Below are positions 17,183-27,441 of a DNA stretch of 64,000 bases, piece after piece. Both the position numbers and the translations under genes were made by a program. The stretch covers positions 1,792,001 through 1,856,000 of the forward strand of contig JBJBDL010000003.1 in assembly GCA_047285305.1 (NCBI GenBank), in the 5' to 3' direction. The stretch is from Synechococcus sp. GTDB taxonomy: Bacteria > Cyanobacteriota > Cyanobacteriia > PCC-6307 > Cyanobiaceae. The notes under the pieces were generated by a model. It was not told where the DNA came from, searched no databases, and saw only the letters and a program-made list of their open reading frames with translations. Positions within the stretch are counted from its first letter, which is position 1. Each line of letters opens with the position of its first letter.

Positions 17183-17225
17183 CCTTCTCTGACCTAGCCA
17201 TGAATTCGAGCGCTGACCACAGGGG

Positions 17226-18227
17226 TCAGCCTGCAGTGAGTTGAGCGAGGGGCTGAATGCTGAGGGTGATAACCACACTCACCACAACACCAACGGCGGC
17301 TTTCCAGAGATCCGTGCCGATGACCTTGGCCAAACTGCCCCCCTCCCTGTTGGTGAACACGACGTCTGATGTGTGTTGCTTGATCCGCAAGGCCAATTCA
17401 CGGCTACCGATCAAGCCCAGAAACACCCAAGTGGTGCTGATGGGGAAGCTGGAGAGGAAGGCCTTGTAGAGCAGGCAAAGACCGAACAACAGATCGATCA
17501 GCGTGGCCGAGCGCAAATCAGAACTGTTGGTCTTTGTGCGTAGCACAGCCTGGATCGGCCCACCCCCGGTGGCCACCAGTACACAAAGGCCCGCGCAGAG
17601 CACCAGCGTGCAGATAAGCATCGAAACGATGTCCAACTGGCGCGGCAGGAACACGAAAATGTTGGCTAGATCCTGCACCAGCCACATGCACCAGAGAAAG
17701 CCTGTGGAGAACCACTGCAGGCCGTACCAGACCTTGCTGGGGTCTTTGCCGTCCTGGGAATGACAGAACACCCAGCGCTCCAGCGACCACAACCCCAGGC
17801 CATAGGCCGCCAGACCCACGACGAAGGCGAGGCCATACCCCGTCAGCGAGCTGCTGAGCAACGTGCCGATGTTGGCCGGCATGAACGATGATAAAACCAG
17901 AAACGAGGTGCTCACCGGGGCTCCCCACTGGGTCAAGGCCACAACAGCGAGCGGTGGAAGCACGTAGACCCAGGTGAACGGCTCGGGCCAAGGAAAATCC
18001 TTGCCAGGCACACTGAGGCGGCCCCAGGTGGGATCACCGTTGTTGAGGAACCAGCCCAACAACAGCACTCCACAGGTCACCGTGCAGATGAACAGCATCT
18101 GCATCGGCTTCGGCGTGCGTTTCCGGTTGGAGGAGAGATAGGTGCCGAGGGTCTGGAGCGAGTCGTTCGACACCACGGAATAGGCCGCCAGCAGGAATCC
18201 GACGAGCATCCAGATGCTGACGTCCAT
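17226..18227 (-). CDS. multi-pass membrane protein, distantly PiT-like
   Basis: SNDSLQT/QDLAN and PVSTS/PISTT duplicated motifs; many TM segments. Confidence 0.75.
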   Translation of the reverse strand: MDVSIWMLVGFLLAAYSVVSNDSLQTLGTYLSSNRKRTPKPMQMLFICTVTCGVLLLGWFLNNGDPTWGRLSVPGKDFPWPEPFTWVYVLPPLAVVALTQWGAPVSTSFLVLSSFMPANIGTLLSSSLTGYGLAFVVGLAAYGLGLWSLERWVFCHSQDGKDPSKVWYGLQWFSTGFLWCMWLVQDLANIFVFLPRQLDIVSMLICTLVLCAGLCVLVATGGGPIQAVLRTKTNSSDLRSATLIDLLFGLCLLYKAFLSSFPISTTWVFLGLIGSRELALRIKQHTSDVVFTNREGGSLAKVIGTDLWKAAVGVVVSVVITLSIQPLAQLTAG

Positions 18228-18631
18228 GAATCCGATCAAGCCGATGGTTTGCCTTTCTTGTAAAAGATCTGGGAGGAACGTCGGTGCTCCAGGCCACTCG
18301 GACCTGTCGTGATCGAGGAATGTTGTGTGGTCGACGGTGATGCACCACCGGAGCGATTCGACCACAAACGTACGTTGATGGACGAATCGGTGTTTAGGGA
18401 TACGCACCCAAATGTCTTAAGAACGAACGGATTTGACCTCAGGACCAGCCGAAGCCAAATCGCAGTTCCCGTCGGGCATCGCTCGGCCCGGCTTCCAAGC
18501 CCTTAGCGGCTTGACTCACGCATCATGAGCCGAAAAGACCGAGATTGCAGGACGATCGGCGACGATTTTTCGACATTCACAAATTCCGTTCGAGACCGAA
18601 TTTGGGACTGCTGCACGTCAAGGCTTGTCCA

Positions 18632-19132
18632 TCAATTCACCACCTTCAGGCTGCGAATCCCAGTTGCCTTGACCCAACTGGCGAGCGCATCGATATCAGC
18701 TCGCTCGGGAATGCAGATGCAACCCGTGCCTGGATAACAGCGGTGGATGCCCAGAGCACTTCGGGTGGTGTCGAAGCGAGGGGTGAGGTCAAACCACAGA
18801 TCATTCCCCCACGGTTCTGGACGCCCCAGGCTGTACTGACCAGCGGGCAAAGGGGCTGCATTGCCGGGGCTCCAGCGGCGATCAGCACTCTGGCGCAGGG
18901 CCACACCACTGGCCGCTGGCCAGCTGGCCAGCAAGCGCGGGCCGCGATGCAGTTCAACCTTCCAGATGCGGTTGCCGTCCGGGAACAGCTCGGCCGTACG
19001 ACGGGTGCTGAGCTGCAGTGGACCGCCCTGCAGTAGCGCTGTTGTTGGCCCCTTTTGCCCAAGGAGATCAGCGGCCGTTGCAGCAACGCAGCTGCCCAGC
19101 AGCGCAGGCACCAGAAGAGCGTGGCGCAGCAT
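18632..19132 (-). CDS. secreted protein, L,D-transpeptidase-like
   Basis: Signal peptide; PLPAGQY, GIH...GTGCI His/Cys motif. Confidence 0.6.
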   Translation of the reverse strand: MLRHALLVPALLGSCVAATAADLLGQKGPTTALLQGGPLQLSTRRTAELFPDGNRIWKVELHRGPRLLASWPAASGVALRQSADRRWSPGNAAPLPAGQYSLGRPEPWGNDLWFDLTPRFDTTRSALGIHRCYPGTGCICIPERADIDALASWVKATGIRSLKVVN

Positions 19133-19196
19133 CAGGATCGTCACGAACGGTGCACCCACTTTGGGGCTGCCACGATGGCCTACAGCAGACCAAGCC

Positions 19197-19913
19197 TTGG
19201 TGGACGTTCTCGATCTGTTTCCCCGCTCCATCCTTCGGGGCACCCTTCCGGATCCTCTGCTCCAACAGCTGACTGGGCTGAGCGAAAGCGTGCTGGCCCA
19301 TCCTGAGTCCAGCCCCGATGCGTCAGCAAAGCTGGCGGGTCAATTGCGTCAGCAGCGCGAACTGAGGCCTGATCAACCCGGCGTGCAGGAGCTCAGCAAC
19401 AACCACCTGCTGCCGGCCTGTGATCGCTGGATCCGCCATGTGATGGACCGTCAGCCTCCCCAGGTTCGCGGCCCCTGGGTTCCCGGTCGCTACCGCCTGC
19501 AGATGATTGATCTCTGGCTCAATTGCCAGACCGCCGGTGACTACAACCCCACCCACACCCATGGCGGCAGCTTCTCCGGAGTGATCTTTCTGAAGGTGCC
19601 ACCGCAGATCAACGCCAACAGTTTTGATGGCCAACTCTGCTTCCACGGCCCGGAAGACTGGCACATTCAGTCGTTCCGGACCGGCATGGCGCACTACGTG
19701 CTGCCTGTACCCGGTGAGTTTTATGTCTTCCCGGCCTGGCAACCCCATTCGGTGATGCCCTTCCGCGGGGACGGAGAACGCTGGTCGCTGGCATTCAATG
19801 TGGTGGCGGCCCCCGGTGTTCCACCCACAGCGATGCAGCAGCCCGCCCCCCAGCAACAACCCCTGGGCAACGTCTCGCTCTCGAGTCAGCGACCCACGGC
19901 CAAAGGATTCTGA
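19197..19913 (+). CDS. putative 2OG-Fe(II) oxygenase
   Basis: WLN..GDYNPTHTH, SGVIFL, FPAWQPHSV, RWSLAFN; start TTG 19197 or GTG 19200. Confidence 0.85.
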   Translation: MVDVLDLFPRSILRGTLPDPLLQQLTGLSESVLAHPESSPDASAKLAGQLRQQRELRPDQPGVQELSNNHLLPACDRWIRHVMDRQPPQVRGPWVPGRYRLQMIDLWLNCQTAGDYNPTHTHGGSFSGVIFLKVPPQINANSFDGQLCFHGPEDWHIQSFRTGMAHYVLPVPGEFYVFPAWQPHSVMPFRGDGERWSLAFNVVAAPGVPPTAMQQPAPQQQPLGNVSLSSQRPTAKGF

Positions 19914-19955
19914 GAAGAACTGTCAGAGTCTTCCGATTGCATCTGTTCAGGATTC

Positions 19956-20207
19956 ATGGGTGACTCCGAGCCGCTCCAGCAGGCCAAAGCGATCGCATCG
20001 GCGCTGGAGCAGTTGGCCGACCAGCTGCGCCCTGAGGTGATTCGTGCAGCACGACTGGATGACGACGGGCGCAGCGATCTCGACCGGATCGAATACGCCC
20101 TCGGGACCATCGGCAAGGCCTTGATCCTGACGGACTATTCCATCGACGAAGAAAAGGACATAGACAAACTCAAGGCCTTCCGCGAATCGCAGAAGGGCAT
20201 GGGCTGA
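19956..20207 (+). CDS. hypothetical protein
   Basis: 83-aa helical ORF with host-like codon usage. Confidence 0.8.
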   Translation: MGDSEPLQQAKAIASALEQLADQLRPEVIRAARLDDDGRSDLDRIEYALGTIGKALILTDYSIDEEKDIDKLKAFRESQKGMG

Positions 20208-20209
20208 AT

Positions 20210-20971
20210 TCAGACGCTGCTCCAGCGCAGCACCCGGTGCTGAACGGCTCCATCAGGCCTCAGGTCGAGCAGCCTGCCCCCCGGATCATCGGCGCGACCC
20301 AGGGGGCAGGGCTGCACCGCTTTGAAACTGCAGAGTGTCGATGGGCATCCGAGCAGCAGCACGTCAGGCCTAGTGGCCCAGGCCCCCTGCCAATGCTGAT
20401 GGATGTGTCCAAACAGCACCGCCCGCAGGGCCCGATGGGGACGCAACAGCTCCTCAAGACCTAACTGATCGAGGAGCCTGATCGCGTCCATGCCGGCATC
20501 ACCGATGGCGATCGGTGGATGGTGAAGAGCGACCACCAGGGGCAGATCCCGGCGCTCCGAGCACTGCAGGCGCTGCGCCAGCCACTGGAGCTGAAGCGAG
20601 CCAAGGGCACCGGCAGCTGAGCCCACCCGATGGCTGCTCAGCAGCAGCACTCTCACGCCTTGCACCAACAGATCAGCTGGAGCCGTCGTCCAGCGTCTCC
20701 CCAGCACCGCATCGAGCAGCAGCGGGTGATCGTGGTTGCCGGGCAGCAGAGCCACCGAGCAGCGCACGTGTTGGCTCAGGGCTCGCCGCAGCCGGGCATA
20801 GCCACCCCAGCTTTCGTCCTGGCAAAGGTCCCCCGTCACCAGCACCAGATCGGGGTTCAAGGCCCCACCAAGCTGGAGAGCTCGCTCGAAGTGAGCTAGG
20901 GCAGGCTGGCCGCGCACCATCCCCTGATCAGCGGCCACAAGGTGTGGATCACTGAGTTGAAGAATCCTCAT
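20210..20971 (-). CDS. metallophosphoesterase (CpdA/Icc-like)
   Basis: SDPH, TGDL, GNHD, HHPP, GHIH motifs. Confidence 0.92.
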   Translation of the reverse strand: MRILQLSDPHLVAADQGMVRGQPALAHFERALQLGGALNPDLVLVTGDLCQDESWGGYARLRRALSQHVRCSVALLPGNHDHPLLLDAVLGRRWTTAPADLLVQGVRVLLLSSHRVGSAAGALGSLQLQWLAQRLQCSERRDLPLVVALHHPPIAIGDAGMDAIRLLDQLGLEELLRPHRALRAVLFGHIHQHWQGAWATRPDVLLLGCPSTLCSFKAVQPCPLGRADDPGGRLLDLRPDGAVQHRVLRWSSV

Positions 20972-21182
20972 CGCTCTCAGGAATGGACTGCCAGCCGCTG
21001 CTCCAGCGGGTTGGATCCTTGAGCTCACTCCAGAGCACCCGCTCGCGATGCGACGGAGCCAGCACAGCTGCCAACTCAACCCATCGCAGCGGACCACGCC
21101 CGCCTTGCGTGATCAGCTCGAAATGGCGGTAACCGGCCACCGGGCGCTGGCTGGTCCAGGCCCGGGCAGGACGCCAGGCCAT
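20949..21182 (-). CDS. TIGR02450-like Trp-rich protein
   Basis: [14 protein letters not shown]...[12 protein letters not shown]. Confidence 0.85.
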   Translation of the reverse strand: MAWRPARAWTSQRPVAGYRHFELITQGGRGPLRWVELAAVLAPSHRERVLWSELKDPTRWSSGWQSIPESDEDSSTQ

Positions 21183-21448
21183 CAGCTGGCTACGAACACC
21201 TGACTCACGGTGCTCTCAATCACGTGCCCCGAAGCCGCGATCATGTCGGTGTTGTCGGCGATGAATTGCTCCATCACCCCGGGAGCGGCTTGCATCACCG
21301 CGCAAACCTTACTGGGGTCGTCCTTGCTGACACCCCGGTAGAGCGAGGTGATGCCAGCAATTTTCTGAAGCGGCAGGGATGCGTCGTAGGTGGCGACCCA
21401 TTCGGCAAATGACTTGGTGATGGTGAAGGTGAGGACGTGGGTTTCCAT
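21182..21448 (-). CDS. DUF3764-like protein
   Basis: FAEWVATYD...LYRGVSKDDPSKV...IAASGHVIEST. Confidence 0.8.
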   Translation of the reverse strand: METHVLTFTITKSFAEWVATYDASLPLQKIAGITSLYRGVSKDDPSKVCAVMQAAPGVMEQFIADNTDMIAASGHVIESTVSQVFVAS

Positions 21449-21594
21449 CGACCAGAACAACAGCGTCGGCGGACGCTATCACCAACTTCCATCGTCCTCA
21501 TCGGCAACCGATGGGATCCGACGGGGGGCCTGATCCTGAGGGCGAGACAGCACTCTCATTAAGGCCTACTCTTGAGAATGAGCGAGGAGAAACC

Positions 21595-22050
21595 GTGACA
21601 TCGTCCTCCGCGCCTGCCGCTACGGACATCACCCTGCAGCAGGGGCTGCATCAGGACGGGCGCCGTCTGACCCCGCAACGCAAACGGGTTCTTGAGCTGT
21701 TCGAGCGCTGTGGGTCCGGCTGCCACCTCAGTGCCGAAGAGGTGCACCAGCAGCTGGCGGCACTTGAGATGAAGGTGTCTCTGGCAACGGTGTATCGCAC
21801 CCTGCGCCTGCTGGCCGATATGGGTCTGCTCCAGGAACTGGAGCTCAGTGAAGGGGGTCGACGCTTCGAGCTTGCCGTTGACGATCACCGCCAACATCAC
21901 CATGTGGTGTGCATCCGCTGCGGCCGCACCGAGGAATTCGAAAGCGAACCCGTGCTGGCAGCAGGAGCTGCTGCCGCCGCCCATGTTGGTTTTCAGTTAA
22001 TTGAATCGAGCCTGAACGTGCGTGCAATCTGCCCCAAATGTCAGGGATAG
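21595..22050 (+). CDS. Fur family transcriptional regulator
   Basis: RLTPQR, HLSAEEV, SLATVYRTL, HHHVVCIRCG, CPKC; GAGGAG RBS before GTG. Confidence 0.95.
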   Translation: MTSSSAPAATDITLQQGLHQDGRRLTPQRKRVLELFERCGSGCHLSAEEVHQQLAALEMKVSLATVYRTLRLLADMGLLQELELSEGGRRFELAVDDHRQHHHVVCIRCGRTEEFESEPVLAAGAAAAAHVGFQLIESSLNVRAICPKCQG

Positions 22051-22065
22051 ATCGCAACACCTGAA

Positions 22066-22266
22066 TCATTCGGCGCGAAATTCATTGTCGTAGAGATCAG
22101 CCACCAGAAGCTCAATCAGCTGAACGGACACCAGTTCCTTTTCGCGTCTCAAGGTGTTCAGCAAGATCTGAACCTGGCGGTGATGCATCAATGACACTTC
22201 ACCCATCTCCAACCATCGGGCACTTAGCAGGGTTTGAAGACGTTGGCGTGGCGACGATGGTGACAT
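22066..22266 (-). CDS. hypothetical protein
   Basis: 66-aa helical ORF MSPSSPRQRLQTLLSARWLE... Confidence 0.5.
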   Translation of the reverse strand: MSPSSPRQRLQTLLSARWLEMGEVSLMHHRQVQILLNTLRREKELVSVQLIELLVADLYDNEFRAE

Positions 22267-22370
22267 CAGATGCGCCCTGTTTCGCACACTGAAGCCAGCA
22301 GCACAGCCACTGAAAAGGTGTGAGCAACAGAAGTCTTCCGAAGCTTTTGTGAAGCGGACGCGCGGGCTGC

Positions 22371-22766
22371 TTACTGAGGATGCTCGTTGCAGGGCATCCA
22401 GTAGCGATCTCCCATGCGATGCACACCCTCGCAACCCAATTGGCGCGCCTGTTCCTCCGCCTCTTCGCGACTGGGATAGGCCAGATAGCGGGGATTGGTG
22501 GTGGAGCGGATCTGAATCAAGCCCATGCTCATCGGGCCGGCGGTGATCACCCCCATGGTGTTGACACCAACCGCCACCAATCCCATCCCGACGATGGCGG
22601 CATTGATTACGCCCATCGCCACTACACCAATCGAGACCACACCCATCGGCACCACACCGATGCAGATCACCCCCATCGGCACGATGCCGATGGAGATAGT
22701 GCCTAGGGGAGCCACGCCGATCGCGATCCGCTTCGGCTTGCTGCCGCAATGCCCTCCTTCAGTCAT
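22371..22766 (-). CDS. DUF3721-like protein with Gly-periodic hydrophobic repeats
   Basis: C-terminal EAEEQARQLGCEGVHRMGDRYWMPC; N-terminal decapeptide repeats. Confidence 0.82.
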   Translation of the reverse strand: MTEGGHCGSKPKRIAIGVAPLGTISIGIVPMGVICIGVVPMGVVSIGVVAMGVINAAIVGMGLVAVGVNTMGVITAGPMSMGLIQIRSTTNPRYLAYPSREEAEEQARQLGCEGVHRMGDRYWMPCNEHPQ

Positions 22767-22769
22767 GAA

Positions 22770-22985
22770 TCAGCGAGCCCCGTGATGACCTGCATCACCG
22801 TGCTTGTCGCAGACCATCCACATCTCGCCCATCTGGTGAGACCCCGTGCAGCCAAAACCTGGGGCCGCAGCCTCAGCTTCGGCCTGCGTTTTGAACATCG
22901 CCTGCTTGGGCTTGCCGTGGGATCCGGCCATGGCCGTTGTTGCCGTGAGCATCAACGCTGCGACAGCAAAACAGATGCGTTGCAC
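22770..22985 (-). CDS. secreted DUF3721-like protein
   Basis: Signal peptide; EAEAAAPGFGCTGSHQMGEMWMVC. Confidence 0.82.
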   Translation of the reverse strand: MQRICFAVAALMLTATTAMAGSHGKPKQAMFKTQAEAEAAAPGFGCTGSHQMGEMWMVCDKHGDAGHHGAR

Positions 22986-23032
22986 GGGATGGGCTCTTCA
23001 CAGATCCACCCACTATGCCCACAACGCGCCGA

Positions 23033-23986
23033 TCAGCCCTGAAGTGCGCCGCCACAACTTGAGCCGGCGCCAGCGGTGCAGCCAAAACAATGCGGGGCCG
23101 TGTGGATGGGCTGATCCAGCGGAACGGCCTCAATGCGGATCAGATCGCGTAGGTGACGAATCTGCCCGGGGCAGGGCAGGCCGAGCTGCTGATTGAAATC
23201 ACAGTCGTAGAGATGGCCCTGCCAATCGACACTGATCAGCTGACGGCACATCACAGCCCCCAGATTGTCCGGATTGTGCGAATCCTCGAGAAGGGCCTGA
23301 TAGCGCTGCAAGTCGCCACTGCGTTCCAGTTGCTTGGCGAAACGTTGGATGGGCATGTTTGCCAACGTGAGCAGACGATCGAAACGAATCCCCAACCCGC
23401 CCAACACGTTCTTGTAATCAGCCTCCAAGGCTTGCTGGGGAGGAGGCAGAACCGGACCCAGCGGGTTGTAAACGAGATCCAGCTGCCGGTTTGGATCACC
23501 CGTTCCGTAGCCCAGTGCATTGAGCTGGCGCAATCCAATGATGCTGCGCGCAAACACGCCATCGCCCCTCTGTTCGTCAACGTTCTCGGCGCTGTAACAG
23601 GGCAAGGAGGCGGTGATGCAAACGTCCTGCTCCGCCAGGAATTCAGCCAGATCGTCCTGGCCGGGTTCACTGAGGATCGTGAGATTGCAGCGGTCAATCA
23701 CGGAGGTTCCGCGTGAGCGTGCCTGGCGCACCAAAGCGCGAAAACCCGGGTGCAACTCCGGTGCTCCCCCCGTGAGATCGAGGCAGGAGATGGAATGCCG
23801 TTCAAGGATCTGCGGAATCAACGCAAGCAGATCCGCACTCATCATCTCGATGCGGGTGGGCCCTGCATTGACATGGCAGTGGGCACAGCTCTGATTGCAG
23901 CGGTAGCCGAGATTGACCTGCAATGTTGTGAGCTGTCCGCGCTTCAGGGGCGGGAAAACGGTCTCACCAACAGCCACCGGCTCCAT
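23033..23986 (-). CDS. arsS: ArsS-family radical SAM protein (DUF3641)
   Basis: LQVNLGYRCNQSCAHCHVNAGP; C-terminal HCFGCTAGAGSSCGGAL. Confidence 0.88.
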   Translation of the reverse strand: MEPVAVGETVFPPLKRGQLTTLQVNLGYRCNQSCAHCHVNAGPTRIEMMSADLLALIPQILERHSISCLDLTGGAPELHPGFRALVRQARSRGTSVIDRCNLTILSEPGQDDLAEFLAEQDVCITASLPCYSAENVDEQRGDGVFARSIIGLRQLNALGYGTGDPNRQLDLVYNPLGPVLPPPQQALEADYKNVLGGLGIRFDRLLTLANMPIQRFAKQLERSGDLQRYQALLEDSHNPDNLGAVMCRQLISVDWQGHLYDCDFNQQLGLPCPGQIRHLRDLIRIEAVPLDQPIHTAPHCFGCTAGAGSSCGGALQG

Positions 23987-24061
23987 GCGGATGAGGCTGA
24001 TTCTTCCAGACGGAACATGTCCTGGCGAGAGAAACGGATGCTCCCGCTGGTGCGCAGCTGA

Positions 24062-25270
24062 TCAACCCACCCGGCGACGCTCAGAAAGCTGACGGAACCA
24101 GGCGATGTACTGCTCCGGGCCATCGGGCATGAGCGCGTCAATCCGCAGGGGATCCTCCGGATCGGTGATGCCCTGCAAGCTGCCATCGGCATGGCTGGGG
24201 CGATCCACTTCTCCATGGCTGCTGTCAACAAGAACAACGCGATTGGATCGACCGCACCAGGAACCGAGGTCCTGCATCAGGTTGAGGAAACCGCGATCAC
24301 TCCCACCCCGCAACCAGCCCGTGCCATCAGCCGATACCGTTGATGTGACCGTATCCCCCACACCCACCAGCAACGGCATCCATTCCGCGGGGATGCGCTG
24401 CTGCACCAACGCCAACAGTGCTTCGGGATCGTGGGGTGCCGTTCGCACATTGAACGTCTCACCCAAGGGAGATTCACCCCAACGGCGCTGGATGTGCTGA
24501 TTGAGCAGCACCAGAAGGCCGGCCTCCTTGATGGAGCCGGTGAGCATGAATTGAATGTCGGTAGTTCCCACATCACCTGCAGCAGCGGGCTTGATCCGTT
24601 CCTGACCTTGCTCATCACGGCCCAGGTTGGGAGCAACATGCAGGAAGAACGATTCCTTCAGGCCCTGGTCGGCAGCCTCAGCAAGCAACTGATGCATCAA
24701 CTCCGAGAGCATCGTCTGCAGGGCCTGCTGAGTGGTGACATCAGCGGGGACAAGTTCAAAAATCCCGTTGAGATTGATGGTGGGTGACACCTGGGTGTCC
24801 AACACCGCGGCTTTGGCCGCCTCGGCCAGATCATCCACACCCACCTGCGGCAGCAGGCCCGGCAATCTCTCCATCAGGAGAGCTTCCATTCGTGTAGGGG
24901 CTGCAGCGAGAAAAGTCATTTCCGCCGGCGATACACCGGGGTGGCTCAGGTCGCCAAAGCGATCCTGCAGCTGCACCCCTCCAGCCGCCAGGCCTGGCAG
25001 ATAACGACCCTCACGTCTGGGGAGATCGGAATCCCCCAGGGCCTGCTCCACAAGGCGGTTCACCCCGCGCCGCCCTTCGTGCTCACCGTTGGTCAACACA
25101 GCGAATTCACCATCCAGAGCGGCGACCGCATCGACATAGGACGGGTCCATGCGCCGCGTCAGTGGATCCTTCACCAGTTGCATGCAGACGCCGTCCAAGT
25201 CCTGCACGATCAGCAGATTTTCAGCACCGGTGAGCTCCTGCAGCAACTGATCGGGCGTCAAACTGGGCAT
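24062..25270 (-). CDS. stpA: glucosylglycerol 3-phosphatase
   Basis: IVQDLDGVCM, TNGEHEG, GDTVTS, RGGSDRGF motifs. Confidence 0.92.
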   Translation of the reverse strand: MPSLTPDQLLQELTGAENLLIVQDLDGVCMQLVKDPLTRRMDPSYVDAVAALDGEFAVLTNGEHEGRRGVNRLVEQALGDSDLPRREGRYLPGLAAGGVQLQDRFGDLSHPGVSPAEMTFLAAAPTRMEALLMERLPGLLPQVGVDDLAEAAKAAVLDTQVSPTINLNGIFELVPADVTTQQALQTMLSELMHQLLAEAADQGLKESFFLHVAPNLGRDEQGQERIKPAAAGDVGTTDIQFMLTGSIKEAGLLVLLNQHIQRRWGESPLGETFNVRTAPHDPEALLALVQQRIPAEWMPLLVGVGDTVTSTVSADGTGWLRGGSDRGFLNLMQDLGSWCGRSNRVVLVDSSHGEVDRPSHADGSLQGITDPEDPLRIDALMPDGPEQYIAWFRQLSERRRVG

Positions 25271-25450
25271 TGAAGTTCAGGTAGGTCGCTGCAGCCGACG
25301 GAACAGCGGAGCACTTTCATCGCGCAACTCCTTAGTGCCAAACCCGTAAGAAGTCCAGTGGGGGGGAGGCAGTCAGAAACACGGATTACAAGCGAAACAC
25401 CGCAGCCAAGCCATCCGGCCAGCGATCATGACGGCCTCGATGCTCCTGCC

Positions 25451-26755
25451 ATGCACCCCACCTGGACCGAACAGTGGTGGCCGATCAGCTATGTGCAGGA
25501 CCTCGACCCCAAACAGCCGAGCCGGTTCACACTGCTTGAGCGGGATCTGGTGATCTGGTGGGATCGCGCCGCATCGAGCTGGCGGGTCTTCCCGGACGTC
25601 TGTCCCCATCGTTTGGTGCCCCTCAGCGAAGGGCGGATCAACGAGGAAGGGCTGCTGGAATGCCCTTATCACGGCTGGAGTTTCGACGGCGGCGGCCAGT
25701 GCCAGCGTGTACCGCAGGCTCTTGAGAACACCCAGCCCAACAACCCTCGGTCCCGCTGCGCCAGCCTTCCCACAGCCACTGGGCAGGGGCTGCTGTTCGT
25801 CTGGATGGGGGCCCCCGATGCCGCAGAACCCAGTCAGCTCCCCCTGGTGCCAGCCCTGGAGGACAACCCCGACAGCTGGACGGTGCAAGACACCTTCCGG
25901 GATCTGCCGATGGATGCCGTGACCCTGCTGGAAAACGTACTGGATGTGAGCCACGTTCCCTTCACCCACCACAAGACCGTCGGCAAACGGGAGAACGCCG
26001 CGCCGGTGGAAGCTTCAATCACGGGGGAACACGCCATCGGCTTTACGGCCTACTGGGAGGAGGGGCCGCGTCGGGGCAAACTCGGCGCCCAATCCACCAC
26101 CTTTCATGCCCCTCAGCTGATGTGGCATGACCTCACCGCCAAGGGCTTCGGGCGAATTCTCACAGTGGTTTACGCCGTTCCGATTCGCCGCGGCGAGTGC
26201 CGCCTCTTCGCCCGCTTCCCCTTTCAGTTCCAATCCGCCATCCCCCGGCTGCTGATCGGATTAAGGCCCCGCTGGTTGCAACACATCGGCAATCACAAGG
26301 TGCTGGAAGACGATCAGGTGTTCCTGCACTGGCAGGAGCGGGTGCTGGAGCGAGCCGGCGGTAGCCCCGCCGTGGAACGCAGTTTTTTCATGCCCACAAA
26401 GGCAGACGTCTACGTGGCGGCTCTACATCGCTGGTTGAACGCCAACGGCGGCGAGCCCTTTGCAGGACAACCGCTACCTCCGCGGCAAAGCATTACGGCG
26501 CTGATGGATCGATACAACAGCCACACCATCCATTGCCGCAGCTGCTCGTCGGCGCTGAGGCGGATTCGTTCGGCACGCCCCTGGGCCTGGGCTCTGCTCT
26601 GGGGGTCCGCCGTGCTTGTGGGCATTCAGCAGGGCAGCGGCTGGAGCAGCACCGGCTTGGTCACCGCCGCACTGTCGGCACTAGCACTGCGGCAACTCAA
26701 CCGCTGGGAGCAGGGGCTGACCATTGGCAGCGGCGAGGCCCCCCGCAACCACTGA
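25451..26755 (+). CDS. Rieske oxygenase, PaO/Tic55-like
   Basis: CPHRLVPLSEG...CPYHGW; ENVLDVSHVPFTH; HTIHCRSC. Confidence 0.92.
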   Translation: MHPTWTEQWWPISYVQDLDPKQPSRFTLLERDLVIWWDRAASSWRVFPDVCPHRLVPLSEGRINEEGLLECPYHGWSFDGGGQCQRVPQALENTQPNNPRSRCASLPTATGQGLLFVWMGAPDAAEPSQLPLVPALEDNPDSWTVQDTFRDLPMDAVTLLENVLDVSHVPFTHHKTVGKRENAAPVEASITGEHAIGFTAYWEEGPRRGKLGAQSTTFHAPQLMWHDLTAKGFGRILTVVYAVPIRRGECRLFARFPFQFQSAIPRLLIGLRPRWLQHIGNHKVLEDDQVFLHWQERVLERAGGSPAVERSFFMPTKADVYVAALHRWLNANGGEPFAGQPLPPRQSITALMDRYNSHTIHCRSCSSALRRIRSARPWAWALLWGSAVLVGIQQGSGWSSTGLVTAALSALALRQLNRWEQGLTIGSGEAPRNH

Positions 26756-27156
26756 TCAGTACACCAGCACAGGAAGCAAGGTCGGCTTCACCTTGCCCTG
26801 GATATCGACCTTGCCGCCAATGGTGACTTTGTTGTCGACAGACACGTCTGCCCGTCCCTCAATCGGGACTTCAGCTGTGACGGACACAGCTCCTTCAACC
26901 GCCAGAGGTGCATTTCTGCTGATGGTCACAGGGCCTTCAATCGCCAGGGGCGCAGCGCCACCGATGGTGACCTGCTCCTGCACCACGACCGGCAAAGGGG
27001 TGTTGGCGGATGGTGACACCGGGCGGAAGCACCAAACTTGTCGACCTGCAATCCGCCCTTAATCGCGATGGGGATGGGCCGACTCAACAGCTTGGCGGCC
27101 GTGACCGCCAGAAGCAGGCTGGACAACACAACCGCCGCAGGCCAGCGGTACGTCAT
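26756..27156 (-). pseudogene. frameshifted membrane-anchored beta-repeat protein
   Basis: Two indels near 27010-27037 would join ORFs 26926..27177 and 26756..27019 through LVLPPGVTIR. Confidence 0.65.
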
Positions 27157-27441
27157 CAACAGATCACGGCTAGTCACAAGCCTCTGGGCAATGGTGTGAG
27201 CGCATCACAGCGTGTTTGAACCGGTCCTGCCCGTGATGACACCCGCACAGCCACATCAGGCCGCTATCGCCCAGATGCTTTTGCTTGCACGCCGACGCAA
27301 AAGATTGACACGTCACATTTCCAGCACAACTTGATCCCCATCAATGCGTCCAACATTGCCATCAAACCCGACCAGAGTTTGCACCACGCAACGACACTGA
27401 TTGATGGCAATAGATAGCATGGAGAAAGTCAAAAGTCAGTG

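Noticed and set aside
21553..21582. Autoregulatory Fur box upstream of the Fur gene
   Set aside because: Only a half-site (TTGAGAATGAG) with no proper 7-1-7 partner.
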